Source: a virus. From it: a DNA stretch of 46,046 nt. Positions within the stretch are counted from its first letter, which is position 1, and each line of letters opens with the position of its first letter. The position numbers and the translations under genes are program-made. The DNA lies in IMG/VR virus record IMGVR_UViG_3300037761_000122, positions 1 to 46,046 of that record; one strand, given 5' to 3'. Below are positions 16,612 to 23,668 of the stretch, in pieces. The notes under the pieces are model-generated. The model saw only the letters and a program-made list of their open reading frames with translations. It was not told the origin of the DNA and made no database searches.

Positions 16612-16878
16612 TCACGCTCCGTCCCCCCACCCACGTAGCTGGTTCTCCCAGCGGTCGAGCAGGTGCTGTAGTTCGATGCATGCGGCCTGGTAGGTGTCCC
16701 TGGCCGGTACCGAATCGCTTCTCCGGCACGCGCGAATGTGCTCCACCCTAGCGTCCTCCCGCGCGTCGATCGCGTGCTCGATGTCGATGCGGGTGACCGT
16801 CTTGCGCCTGACCGTGGCGGGGTCGGTGGCGATCGTCGTGTAACTCGTCGGACGGGACGGCGACGTGCTCGCGCTCAT
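16612..16878 (-). CDS. Hypothetical protein
   Basis: 88 aa from the ATG at 16878 (ATGA overlap). Confidence 0.5.
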   Translation of the reverse strand: MSASTSPSRPTSYTTIATDPATVRRKTVTRIDIEHAIDAREDARVEHIRACRRSDSVPARDTYQAACIELQHLLDRWENQLRGWGDGA

Positions 16879-17147
16879 CGGACGCCCTCCTCTTGAGTCA
16901 GCCGCTCCCGTTCCATCCGGGCATGTGCCTGAGCGGTGCCGGCGCATCGGTCGCAAAGGGGATAAGCGGCGTCGGGCGGGATCGTGTATTCGCAGACGCT
17001 ACAGCCCGCGACCCGCAACCCGGTAGCGATGATCTCGTGGTCGCAGTTGATCGCGACCCACTCCCCGAACACTCGGACGACCTCGCACTCCTGGCCGTCG
17101 GACTCGTAGAGGCGCTCGGAGTCTGTCCACCAACGGATCGTGCTCAT
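16875..17147 (-). CDS. Small zinc-ribbon protein
   Basis: 90 aa. CSVC...CDRC. Confidence 0.55.
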   Translation of the reverse strand: MSTIRWWTDSERLYESDGQECEVVRVFGEWVAINCDHEIIATGLRVAGCSVCEYTIPPDAAYPLCDRCAGTAQAHARMERERLTQEEGVR

Positions 17148-17248
17148 GAGACCACCACCCCGTAGCCGGCCGCGAGCAGAGCAACGATCGCCACCAAGAT
17201 CGAGCCGAAAAACACGAACGCCATGCCGAGCAGGTATCGGTCAGTCAT
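17144..17248 (-). CDS. 34-aa single-TM peptide
   Basis: MTDRYLLGMAFVFFGSILVAIVALLAAGYGVVVS. Overlaps both neighbours (8 nt and ATGA). Confidence 0.4.
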   Translation of the reverse strand: MTDRYLLGMAFVFFGSILVAIVALLAAGYGVVVS

Positions 17249-17465
17249 CGGAATTCTCCGGGGCTGTCGTGGGTGCGGGCCGCTCGTCGGGCAGCAGTCC
17301 GCCGGGCGCCCAATACCGGGCATACAGTTCGTCCCACACTTCCGGCCATGCCGCGCGTAGCTTCACGGCGTTCCGGTCGTCTGCCTTTCGCATTGCTGCC
17401 ATGATGAGCGCATGGAACGGGACGGCAGTTAGCTCCATCGAGCGTTCGTAGTCGTAGCGGCTCAC
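17241..17465 (-). CDS. Hypothetical protein
   Basis: 74-aa ORF with ATGA coupling. Confidence 0.55.
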   Translation of the reverse strand: MSRYDYERSMELTAVPFHALIMAAMRKADDRNAVKLRAAWPEVWDELYARYWAPGGLLPDERPAPTTAPENSDD

Positions 17466-17821
17466 TTGTCACCATCCGTGGGTGCGGGCCTGGCAGCGGA
17501 CAGAGCAGCGGCCACCTTGCAGGCGGGGAAGTGGGCGCCGTGTGCGTTCGTGACTTCGCAGTAGGGGCAGGCGGCTTCGTATCCGCCCTGCACCATGTCG
17601 GCCAGCCCACCCCACTCGACTGCCTTTAGCGCCTCGTACAGAGCGGGAGCCGCGGCAATCAGGGCAGCGTTCGCCCTTCCCCGTTCCGTGGGGTTGAACG
17701 CGCCGGGGGTGATGTCGTCGCGGAACCCGTCCTCGTTTGCCTCGCCGTGCACGACGCGGAGCCCGCACGTCGCGGTGTGCTCGACGTACCACGGGCCCGG
17801 AGTGAATTGTCCGGTCATCAT
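17462..17821 (-). CDS. Hypothetical protein of the GPW...ANAxLIAAAPxLYEAL family
   Basis: 119 aa from the ATG at 17821. Paralogous to 17818..18105 through the NAALIAAAPALYEALKAVE motif. Confidence 0.6.
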   Translation of the reverse strand: MMTGQFTPGPWYVEHTATCGLRVVHGEANEDGFRDDITPGAFNPTERGRANAALIAAAPALYEALKAVEWGGLADMVQGGYEAACPYCEVTNAHGAHFPACKVAAALSAARPAPTDGDK

Positions 17822-18105
17822 GTGGGAGCCTCCGTGCCTTCGGCCTTCGCGATGGCGGCGCTGATCTTGTCCCACAGCCACGCCGGTACCTGGCCCGCGT
17901 CGTTCTCGATCGACGACAGCGCCTCGTACATGTCCGGAGCGGAGGCGATCAGGCGGGCGTTGGAGGCGATCTCAGCATTTTCGAAGTCCGTCCATGCCGG
18001 GAACGCCACTGCGCGACCGCTCTCGTCCTGCACGCGTATGGCCTTGCTCTCGTTCTCGTGGTCGTACCGGACCGTCCACGGACTCCGGTTGAACCCGCTC
18101 ACCAT
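17818..18105 (-). CDS. Hypothetical protein of the SPW...NARLIASAPDMYEAL family
   Basis: 95 aa from the ATG at 18105. Tandem paralogue of the downstream gene. Confidence 0.6.
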   Translation of the reverse strand: MVSGFNRSPWTVRYDHENESKAIRVQDESGRAVAFPAWTDFENAEIASNARLIASAPDMYEALSSIENDAGQVPAWLWDKISAAIAKAEGTEAPT

Positions 18106-18300
18106 GTCGCCACCCCACACAGCAGGATCACCGCGAGCTCGTTGAGATAGTCGAGCATCGCGAGCGTCGTGTGCTGGCGGCTCTTGGCCGATGCGTATTC
18201 CTCGGTCTCGGGCTTCGGGAGGTAGAGGACGGGGGGACTCGCCGGGGCGGATGTTTGGCATCCGGCGTGCCGGTTCTCGGATCTATGCGGCGGCATTCTT
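18106..18300 (-). ncRNA. Candidate TnpB omega-RNA 3' scaffold / element right-end region
   Basis: 177-nt ORF-poor gap after the tnpB stop at 18283. Stem-loop CGGAUG-CCAAA-CAUCCG at 18248..18264 and CCGG-CACG-CCGG beside it. Boundaries are not determinable by eye. Confidence 0.3.
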
Positions 18301-19395
18301 CTGCCCTCCGCTCCCCGATCGCTCTGCCCGAGCGAGGATGTTGCGCGCGGCGTTCACGTCCCGATCGAGCTCGAGCCCGCAGGTGCAGCGATGCACCCGG
18401 ACGCCCAGACTCTTGGGGGAGACGCTGCCACAGCCGCTGCATTCCTGAGACGTTCCGCGAGGGTCCACCGCGATCACTTCCCGCCCGGCGCTTTCAGCCT
18501 TGGTTCGGAGTGCGTGGAGGAACTGGCCCCAACCGGCGTCCGACACGCTCTTGGCGAGTCGGGTGCGGGCGAGGCCGCGGATGTTCAGGTCTTCGACAGC
18601 GATCGTGTCGTACCGCTGAACGAGGTCCACCGCGGTCTTGAAGTGGAAGTCGCGTCGCGCGTCCTGCACGGCCCGGTGCTTCCGGGCGAGAACGCGGACC
18701 GCCTTCCGGCGTCGGTTCCCGCCTCGCTTCCTGCGGCTCACCCGGCGCTGCGCGCGACGGAGATCCGCTGCGGCGGTCCGAAGGTGGCGCGGGTTGTCGA
18801 CCGTCTCGCCGTCCGAGGTCGCGAGGAACGAGGTGAGGCCAAGGTCGACGCCGATCGCTCGGCCGGTGTCGGCCAGCGGGCGTGCGGGGACACCCTCGCA
18901 GGAGAACGTCACCCACCAGTCGCCGCACCGGTCCCGCTTGAGCGTGACCGTCTTCGCGGTGCCCTCGATCGGGCGTGACAGGTGCAGCTTGATCCGGCCG
19001 ATGCCACGCAGGGTCAGGTGGCGACCGTCGAGCTTCCAACCTCTCTGGCGGAACGTGATCGAACTGAACCTGTCGCGGCCCTTGAAGCGTGGGTAGCCGG
19101 GCCGTTCGCCGTTCTTGACGCGCCGAAAGAACGCCTGGAACGCGCGCTCCAACCGGCTAAGCGTCCACTCGGTCGCGTGACGATCGAGGGCGCCATACTC
19201 GGGATCGGCCGCGCGGATCTCGGTGAGCTGGCGGCATTGGGTCACAAAGTTGACCCGCTCGCCTCGCTTCCAGTGGTCGCGCCGCTCCTCGAGGGCCGCA
19301 TTGTAGAGGTCTCGGAGGATGTGCAGCTGGCGATCCGCCCGGCGTGCTGCGCACGCCGTCAGCCTGGCCTTGTATCGGTAGGACCGCCTCATCAC
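18283..19395 (-). CDS. tnpB: TnpB (IS200/IS605-family OrfB) RNA-guided endonuclease, catalytic residues intact
   Basis: 370 aa. RuvC-I AIGVDLG, RuvC-II IAVEDLN, Zn finger CSGCG...CTCG, RuvC-III DRDVNAARNI. Start overlaps the stop of the upstream HTH gene. Confidence 0.9.
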   Translation of the reverse strand: MMRRSYRYKARLTACAARRADRQLHILRDLYNAALEERRDHWKRGERVNFVTQCRQLTEIRAADPEYGALDRHATEWTLSRLERAFQAFFRRVKNGERPGYPRFKGRDRFSSITFRQRGWKLDGRHLTLRGIGRIKLHLSRPIEGTAKTVTLKRDRCGDWWVTFSCEGVPARPLADTGRAIGVDLGLTSFLATSDGETVDNPRHLRTAAADLRRAQRRVSRRKRGGNRRRKAVRVLARKHRAVQDARRDFHFKTAVDLVQRYDTIAVEDLNIRGLARTRLAKSVSDAGWGQFLHALRTKAESAGREVIAVDPRGTSQECSGCGSVSPKSLGVRVHRCTCGLELDRDVNAARNILARAERSGSGGQKNAAA

Positions 19396-19607
19396 GCCAC
19401 CTCGTCAGGGCCATCGGTGACCGGGTGGGCGTTGCTCGCGACCCATGCCCGGATGTCGCTGGGGCGGAAGCGATTCAGCGCTCCGACCTTCACGATGGGG
19501 ATGCGGCGCTCCTGCGCCCACTTCCGGACGGTCTTCCACGAGACGCCTAAGTACGCGGCGACATCCTCGTATCCCCAAAGATCGTCATTGCCTTGGGACT
19601 CGGTCAT
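19392..19607 (-). CDS. Excisionase/HTH_17-type DNA-binding protein (Cro/Xis-like first early gene)
   Basis: 71 aa. YEDVAAYLGVSWKTVRKWAQERRIPIVKVGALNRFRPSDIRAWV. Divergent from the XRE repressor. Confidence 0.75.
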   Translation of the reverse strand: MTESQGNDDLWGYEDVAAYLGVSWKTVRKWAQERRIPIVKVGALNRFRPSDIRAWVASNAHPVTDGPDEVA

Positions 19608-19669
19608 TGGCTACTCTTGGCTTGGTGTCTTTGAGTGGCACGCGGTGTATCGCGGTGCGCGACCATGTG

Positions 19670-19698
19670 ATTCTATGGTATAGCGGACCTCAGCGCAA
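19670..19698 (-). promoter_or_regulatory. Sigma70-like early leftward promoter with embedded operator-like palindrome
   Basis: Minus strand reads TTGCGC, 17 nt, TAGAAT. CTATACCATAG (19673..19683) overlaps the spacer and -10. Confidence 0.5.
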
Positions 19699-19746
19699 TA
19701 GCTTTCGGTGGGATACAATGGAAACCTATGCCGCACAATGGGTTGC

Positions 19747-19765
19747 GCCCATAGAAACTATGGGC
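19747..19765. promoter_or_regulatory. Perfect 8-bp inverted repeat GCCCATAG-AAA-CTATGGGC covering the repressor start codon
   Basis: Read directly. Shares CTATGG/CCATAG with the site at 19673..19683. The ATG at 19760 lies in the right arm. Confidence 0.55.
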
Positions 19766-20071
19766 CCCCGCGTCCGTCGGCTGCGAAAGCAGCGCGATTG
19801 GACCCAGGAGGAGCTGGCCGAGAAGGTCAGCGTGGCGGTGCTCACCGTGGGCGAGTGGGAGCGCGAGAACCGAGCCCCGACCTCGGCGAACCTGATGAAG
19901 CTTTCCGAGGCCTTAGGGGTGCCCGTCCACTACCTGCTGTACGGCGAGGCCGGGGTCTACCGGGAGGCTATTGAGCAGATCGCCGACATCGTCGACCGGG
20001 TGCTCAGTCCACCAGCCAAAGGTGATCCCCGGACCGACCTGGCCCACGGGATCGCTCGCGGCGAAGGGTAG
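19760..20071 (+). CDS. XRE-family HTH repressor (CI-like, no peptidase domain)
   Basis: MGPRVRRLRKQRDWTQEELAEKVSVAVLTVGEWERENRAPTSANLMKLSEALGV. An alternative upstream ATG is at 19718. Confidence 0.8.
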   Translation: MGPRVRRLRKQRDWTQEELAEKVSVAVLTVGEWERENRAPTSANLMKLSEALGVPVHYLLYGEAGVYREAIEQIADIVDRVLSPPAKGDPRTDLAHGIARGEG

Positions 20072-20252
20072 GCAGCACCGCCCGCGCGTCATCATCGGAC
20101 GCCATGCGAACCAGCGTCACCACCCCATCCGACCAGAGAGCGATCGAGTCGCCCTCCCTGGCCCCAAGCCTCCGCTCCAGCTCCTCCCGGATCTCCGGTG
20201 GCGTACATCGGTCGAGCACGTAGCGGGCCTTGATCGTCGGGTCGGCGGACAT
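20004..20252 (-). CDS. Hypothetical protein, convergent with and overlapping the repressor 3' end
   Basis: 82 aa. AGGAG RBS 5 nt before the ATG. 68-nt antisense overlap with 19760..20071. Confidence 0.55.
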   Translation of the reverse strand: MSADPTIKARYVLDRCTPPEIREELERRLGAREGDSIALWSDGVVTLVRMASDDDARAVLPTLRRERSRGPGRSGDHLWLVD

Positions 20253-20513
20253 GGGGGCTCCTGGGCCGCAGGCATCACACCCCCCGATGTCTCTCCTACG
20301 ATGTCACCCTGGGGGTGCGGACCGCCAGCCTGATACCTGACCCCCGGATACCAGAAAGGCCCCGGCTTTCGCCGAGACCTTCCCGTGTGGCAGGCCCACC
20401 AACCTTAGGAGGGGAGGCAGGTCCTTGTGGCACCCTCGCTTGCACCCGATGAAGCGACCGGAATCTACGGTGGGAGAGGGGGTGGGGGCAAGCTCAACCG
20501 TCCCCGATGATAC

Positions 20514-20550
20514 TTGACGTATCCCTTGCTCCTTGTATACCATACGTATA
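20514..20550 (+). promoter_or_regulatory. Candidate rightward promoter with operator-like palindrome
   Basis: TTGACG (20514..20519), 16 nt, TATACC. TATAC-catac-GTATA inverted repeat at 20536..20550. TATACCATA also occurs as the reverse complement at 19675..19683. Confidence 0.4.
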
Positions 20551-20589
20551 GGCAGCCGATGGAGCCACCACCGGAAGGGATGAGGGGCA

Positions 20590-20871
20590 ATGAGCGACGA
20601 TTTCCGAGAGCGAAAGATCATCCAGATAGCCCCGATGGTGGTGCCGGGCATGGACAATATGAGCACTCCACACGTTGAAATTGTCGCGCTCTGCGACGAC
20701 GGCACGATGTGGCGAGGGGACGGGAGCGGCTACTGGCAGCAACTCAACGGCCCCGAACACCTCCCTCCCCTCGCCAACGCCTTCAGGGTGAGAGAGCGAT
20801 TGCGGAACGAACTGGATAGTGAGACGGCTGCGAAGGTGAAGCAGATCCTTGGAAGCGGTGGGGTGCTATGA
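20590..20871 (+). CDS. Hypothetical small protein
   Basis: 93-aa ORF with lower GC. First gene of the plus-strand cassette. Confidence 0.6.
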   Translation: MSDDFRERKIIQIAPMVVPGMDNMSTPHVEIVALCDDGTMWRGDGSGYWQQLNGPEHLPPLANAFRVRERLRNELDSETAAKVKQILGSGGVL

Positions 20872-21209
20872 CCCGCGTGCAGTCCGCGATGGACGGCTCC
20901 GAGTACCGCGCCCTGCGTGAGACGATAGGCACCCAGGCCGAGGCGGCCGAGAGGCTCGGCGTCGCCCGGAACACGATCGCCAGACGCGAGCGCGGGGAGC
21001 TGTCGATCTCACGAGAAGTGGAGTACGCGATGCGCTGGGTGGCCCGCAGACAGCGGTTCACGATGGAGGACGTGGAAAGCCTGCGCGCCATCGCGAACGT
21101 GACACTGGACCGTGACCCGACCGAGCCTCACGCCAACCCGGTCGCCGCCGAACGCCACAGATCCATCGCTGACCGCATCGAAGCCTTACTCCCCCCGGCC
21201 GGAGATTGA
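20868..21209 (+). CDS. HTH (XRE-like) regulator with C-terminal FTxEDV...ADRIEALLPP domain
   Basis: 113 aa. HTH TQAEAAERLGVARNTIARRERGE. C-terminus homologous to 3113..3385. ATGA overlaps both sides. Confidence 0.7.
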   Translation: MTRVQSAMDGSEYRALRETIGTQAEAAERLGVARNTIARRERGELSISREVEYAMRWVARRQRFTMEDVESLRAIANVTLDRDPTEPHANPVAAERHRSIADRIEALLPPAGD

Positions 21210-22129
21210 CCATGCACATGCCGATGACCGTGGTACGAAAGACGGCGTTTCTGCCGCGCCAGGGCTTTCGCGATACCCGCTGGCTCGATCGGGTCGCCGA
21301 GCTTGGCCTACGTGAGGTCGAGGGCGAGCACCTGACAACGTGTCCAGGATGCGGACAGGAGCCCGAGCGCGTGATCGGCCAATACGTCCACTACTCGCAC
21401 CTCGGGCGGCTCATGGAGTGCTTATGCGGGCTCTGGTATTCGGACCTCCGGCTGAACGCTGAGACGGTCCGCGCCCACTTCGAGCGGGCGTACAAGGACG
21501 ACGGCTACTTCCGGGCACGAAGGCCCGTCTTCGACCACCTCGCGCGGCTCGTGAGTCAGCGCACGCCCCCTGGTGGATCCGTGCTCGACGTCGGTGGCGC
21601 GATGGGGCATCTGGCGCTCATGATCTGGAACATCCGACCCGACGTCGACCTGACCGTGACCGACGTGTCCGAAGATGCGTGCCGAAAGGCCAGAACGTGC
21701 GGCCTCCACGCGCTGCCGGTATCGGTCGCGGGCCTGCGTTGGCTACCGCAGTACGACGCCGTGATCTGCTCCGACGTGCTCTACTATGAGCCGAACATCG
21801 GGCAGGTGTGGGAGACGCTCTCGGGCATCGTCCGACCCGGCGGCTCGCTCATCATCCGCGGCCCCAACCGGACGGACACGATCCGCCATGCGGGCGGGAA
21901 GCAGCACCCGCTTTCGACTCGGCTCCGTGGCTTCAACCCCGAACACCTGTATGTGTTCACGCGCGAGTACCTCGAGGCGCGTCTGGCCGAGGTCGGGTTC
22001 ACCGGGGTCCGCACGCTGCCGTCGCCGGTGGGCACGGGCTCACGCCTCGCCACGCTCGCGGGTCGGGTCGCGTGCACCCTCGGGCTCCCAGTCACGCCGA
22101 GCGTGGTGACGATCGCGAGGAAGCCGTGA
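21206..22129 (+). CDS. Class I SAM-dependent methyltransferase with N-terminal Cys-rich (Zn-ribbon-like) domain
   Basis: 307 aa. CPGCG...CLCG, then motif I VLDVGGAMG, post-I TDVSEDA, DAVICSDVLYY, and PGGSLII. Confidence 0.8.
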   Translation: MTMHMPMTVVRKTAFLPRQGFRDTRWLDRVAELGLREVEGEHLTTCPGCGQEPERVIGQYVHYSHLGRLMECLCGLWYSDLRLNAETVRAHFERAYKDDGYFRARRPVFDHLARLVSQRTPPGGSVLDVGGAMGHLALMIWNIRPDVDLTVTDVSEDACRKARTCGLHALPVSVAGLRWLPQYDAVICSDVLYYEPNIGQVWETLSGIVRPGGSLIIRGPNRTDTIRHAGGKQHPLSTRLRGFNPEHLYVFTREYLEARLAEVGFTGVRTLPSPVGTGSRLATLAGRVACTLGLPVTPSVVTIARKP

Positions 22130-22263
22130 GCAACCGCAAGAAGACCGGCCGCCACCCCAAGATCGTGCTCGCCGATCTGACGATCGCGGCCATCGTGATG
22201 GTGCTATTCCTGCTCGCCGTCGCGGCCCTGCTCATCACGGGCGGCAACGTGCGGTGGTCCTGA
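22126..22263 (+). CDS. 45-aa single-TM peptide
   Basis: GTGA overlap with the methyltransferase stop. NRKKTGRHPKIVLADLTIAAIVMVLFLLAVAALLITGG. Confidence 0.4.
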   Translation: MSNRKKTGRHPKIVLADLTIAAIVMVLFLLAVAALLITGGNVRWS

Positions 22264-22273
22264 TCTCGGGCAC

Positions 22274-23278
22274 TCATCGGCCGCTCACGTACCACTCGCG
22301 TTCGAGCCAGTGGTGAGCACCAGCGGGAAGCGGGAACTGCGTGTGGTACATCTCCATGCCGTCGAACAGGACGCCGGGCCTAGTCGGGTCGCTCCACGCG
22401 ACGCCTGTCAGATGCCGCACGAGCGAGCCATCCACGTAGACGCGTGCCTCGCCGTCACCGCGGCCGTTCGCGCTCTCCGCGGTCAGGTACATCTCCAGGT
22501 GCCACGTCTCACCCGACGCGGGCGGGTAGCGCAAATCGAAGAAATAGTCATTGGTGGTGCCACCACCGCCGAGCTGCTTGACGAGCCCCTCGTTGACGCA
22601 GCCGGTCATGTAGATCTCGTTCGCGCCGCTGCCGATCTTCGCGTCCCGGTGCATCCCAAAGTAGAAGAACTTGAAGCCGTTGGCGATGCCGCTATCGCAC
22701 CCCGGTTGGCCCGCGGGGAAGAAGCGCCGATGCGATACGTACATCTCGCGGAGTCCACCACCCGCGTAGCCCTGACCGCAGTGGGTCGAGCCGAGGTCCG
22801 ACCAGCGTTCGAGCTTCGCGGCGCCACCACCACGTCCTGCCGGGTGCTGGACCTCGATTGCCTGACCTGAGCCGGTGGGATTGCCCGGATCGGCCACGAT
22901 GCGCGAGACGCCGTTGTAGCTGTTCGTGTTCCAGACGGCGGTCGACGGGTTGAGCAGGCACGTGCCGGGGTTGTCGTAGATGGGTGTGAGCCCCGTGGGC
23001 TCGTTCGGGTGCAGAGCGGACGGGGGCGGCGGCGGGTCCGGATCCGGGTCTGGTATGGGATCCGGCGTAGGATCCGGCGCGGGGTCCTCGGGGTCGCTGA
23101 CTGGCCCGACCGTCAGGCTGTCGAGCAGGGCGAGCACCTTTGAGAGCTGCGTCTCCGCTGCCCGGATGAACGCCCGCGAGCGCACCGCCTCGGCACGCAC
23201 GGAGTCTACCGTCACCTGGGCCTCTACTGGCGCCGCCAGCACCACCAGGGCCAGCGCCCACAGCATGTATCGTCTCAT
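22274..23278 (-). CDS. Secreted concanavalin-like polysaccharide-lyase-type protein (paralogue of 36315..37607)
   Basis: 334 aa. Signal peptide MRRYMLWALALVVLAAPVEAQ. Pro/Asp linker PDPTPDPIPDPDPDPPPPP. Shared blocks LHPNEP, VADxGNPTGSG, KIGxGANE, ESANGxGDGE, WSDP, EMYH. Confidence 0.7.
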   Translation of the reverse strand: MRRYMLWALALVVLAAPVEAQVTVDSVRAEAVRSRAFIRAAETQLSKVLALLDSLTVGPVSDPEDPAPDPTPDPIPDPDPDPPPPPSALHPNEPTGLTPIYDNPGTCLLNPSTAVWNTNSYNGVSRIVADPGNPTGSGQAIEVQHPAGRGGGAAKLERWSDLGSTHCGQGYAGGGLREMYVSHRRFFPAGQPGCDSGIANGFKFFYFGMHRDAKIGSGANEIYMTGCVNEGLVKQLGGGGTTNDYFFDLRYPPASGETWHLEMYLTAESANGRGDGEARVYVDGSLVRHLTGVAWSDPTRPGVLFDGMEMYHTQFPLPAGAHHWLEREWYVSGR

Positions 23279-23308
23279 CGTGCCTTCCCTGGAAGCAGGT
23301 TCATTGTG

Positions 23309-23668
23309 CTACCCCGTCAGGTGCCGGCCGCGGGGATCAATCTCGACGTGCACGTGCGCAACCCGCTGCTGGTACCGTGTATCGAGCGACGCCGGTCCCT
23401 CGACGATCACGTCGAAGTCCTCACCGAGCCGATTGCCGAGCTCGGTCGCGAACGCGCGCTGTTCGGTGGGCGGCCACTCGCGCGAGCGGATGTCCATGGC
23501 CTCGCCGGTCCCGTGCTTGGACGAGCCGCCAGGTGTCGGTGGGCGACGGGCCGACGTGATGACGAGATCCTCGTCGAACATCTCGCGCACGAGCAGCCGC
23601 GCCTCCACGCGGGCCGCCCACATCGCCGGGTGCATGTCCTTCCACGCGGAGTCGGAGAACGTCGTCAT
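23309..23668 (-). CDS. Endolysin, peptidase M15 (VanY / L-Ala-D-Glu peptidase-like)
   Basis: 119 aa from the ATG at 23668 (ATGA overlap). SSKHGTGEAMDI (SxHxxGxAxD) and HVHVE metal-ligand motifs. Confidence 0.8.
   Translation of the reverse strand: MTTFSDSAWKDMHPAMWAARVEARLLVREMFDEDLVITSARRPPTPGGSSKHGTGEAMDIRSREWPPTEQRAFATELGNRLGEDFDVIVEGPASLDTRYQQRVAHVHVEIDPRGRHLTG

Noticed and set aside
18283-19395. TnpB as a nuclease-dead TldR-like repressor of the early operon.
   Set aside because: All three RuvC acidic motifs (GVDLG, VEDLN, DRDVNAARNI) and the zinc finger appear intact, so a catalytically dead regulator is not supported by the sequence.
20304-20705. 133-aa minus-strand ORF spanning the 20253..20589 intergenic region.
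   Set aside because: It has no RBS and an implausible composition. It runs antisense through the promoter region and the 5' end of the 93-aa plus-strand gene. The region is better explained as divergent regulatory DNA.
22263-22274. Bidirectional terminator between the convergent plus-strand cassette and the late operon.
   Set aside because: Only 10 nt separate the two stop codons, and no stem-loop or U-tract is visible. Termination signals, if any, must lie inside the coding regions.
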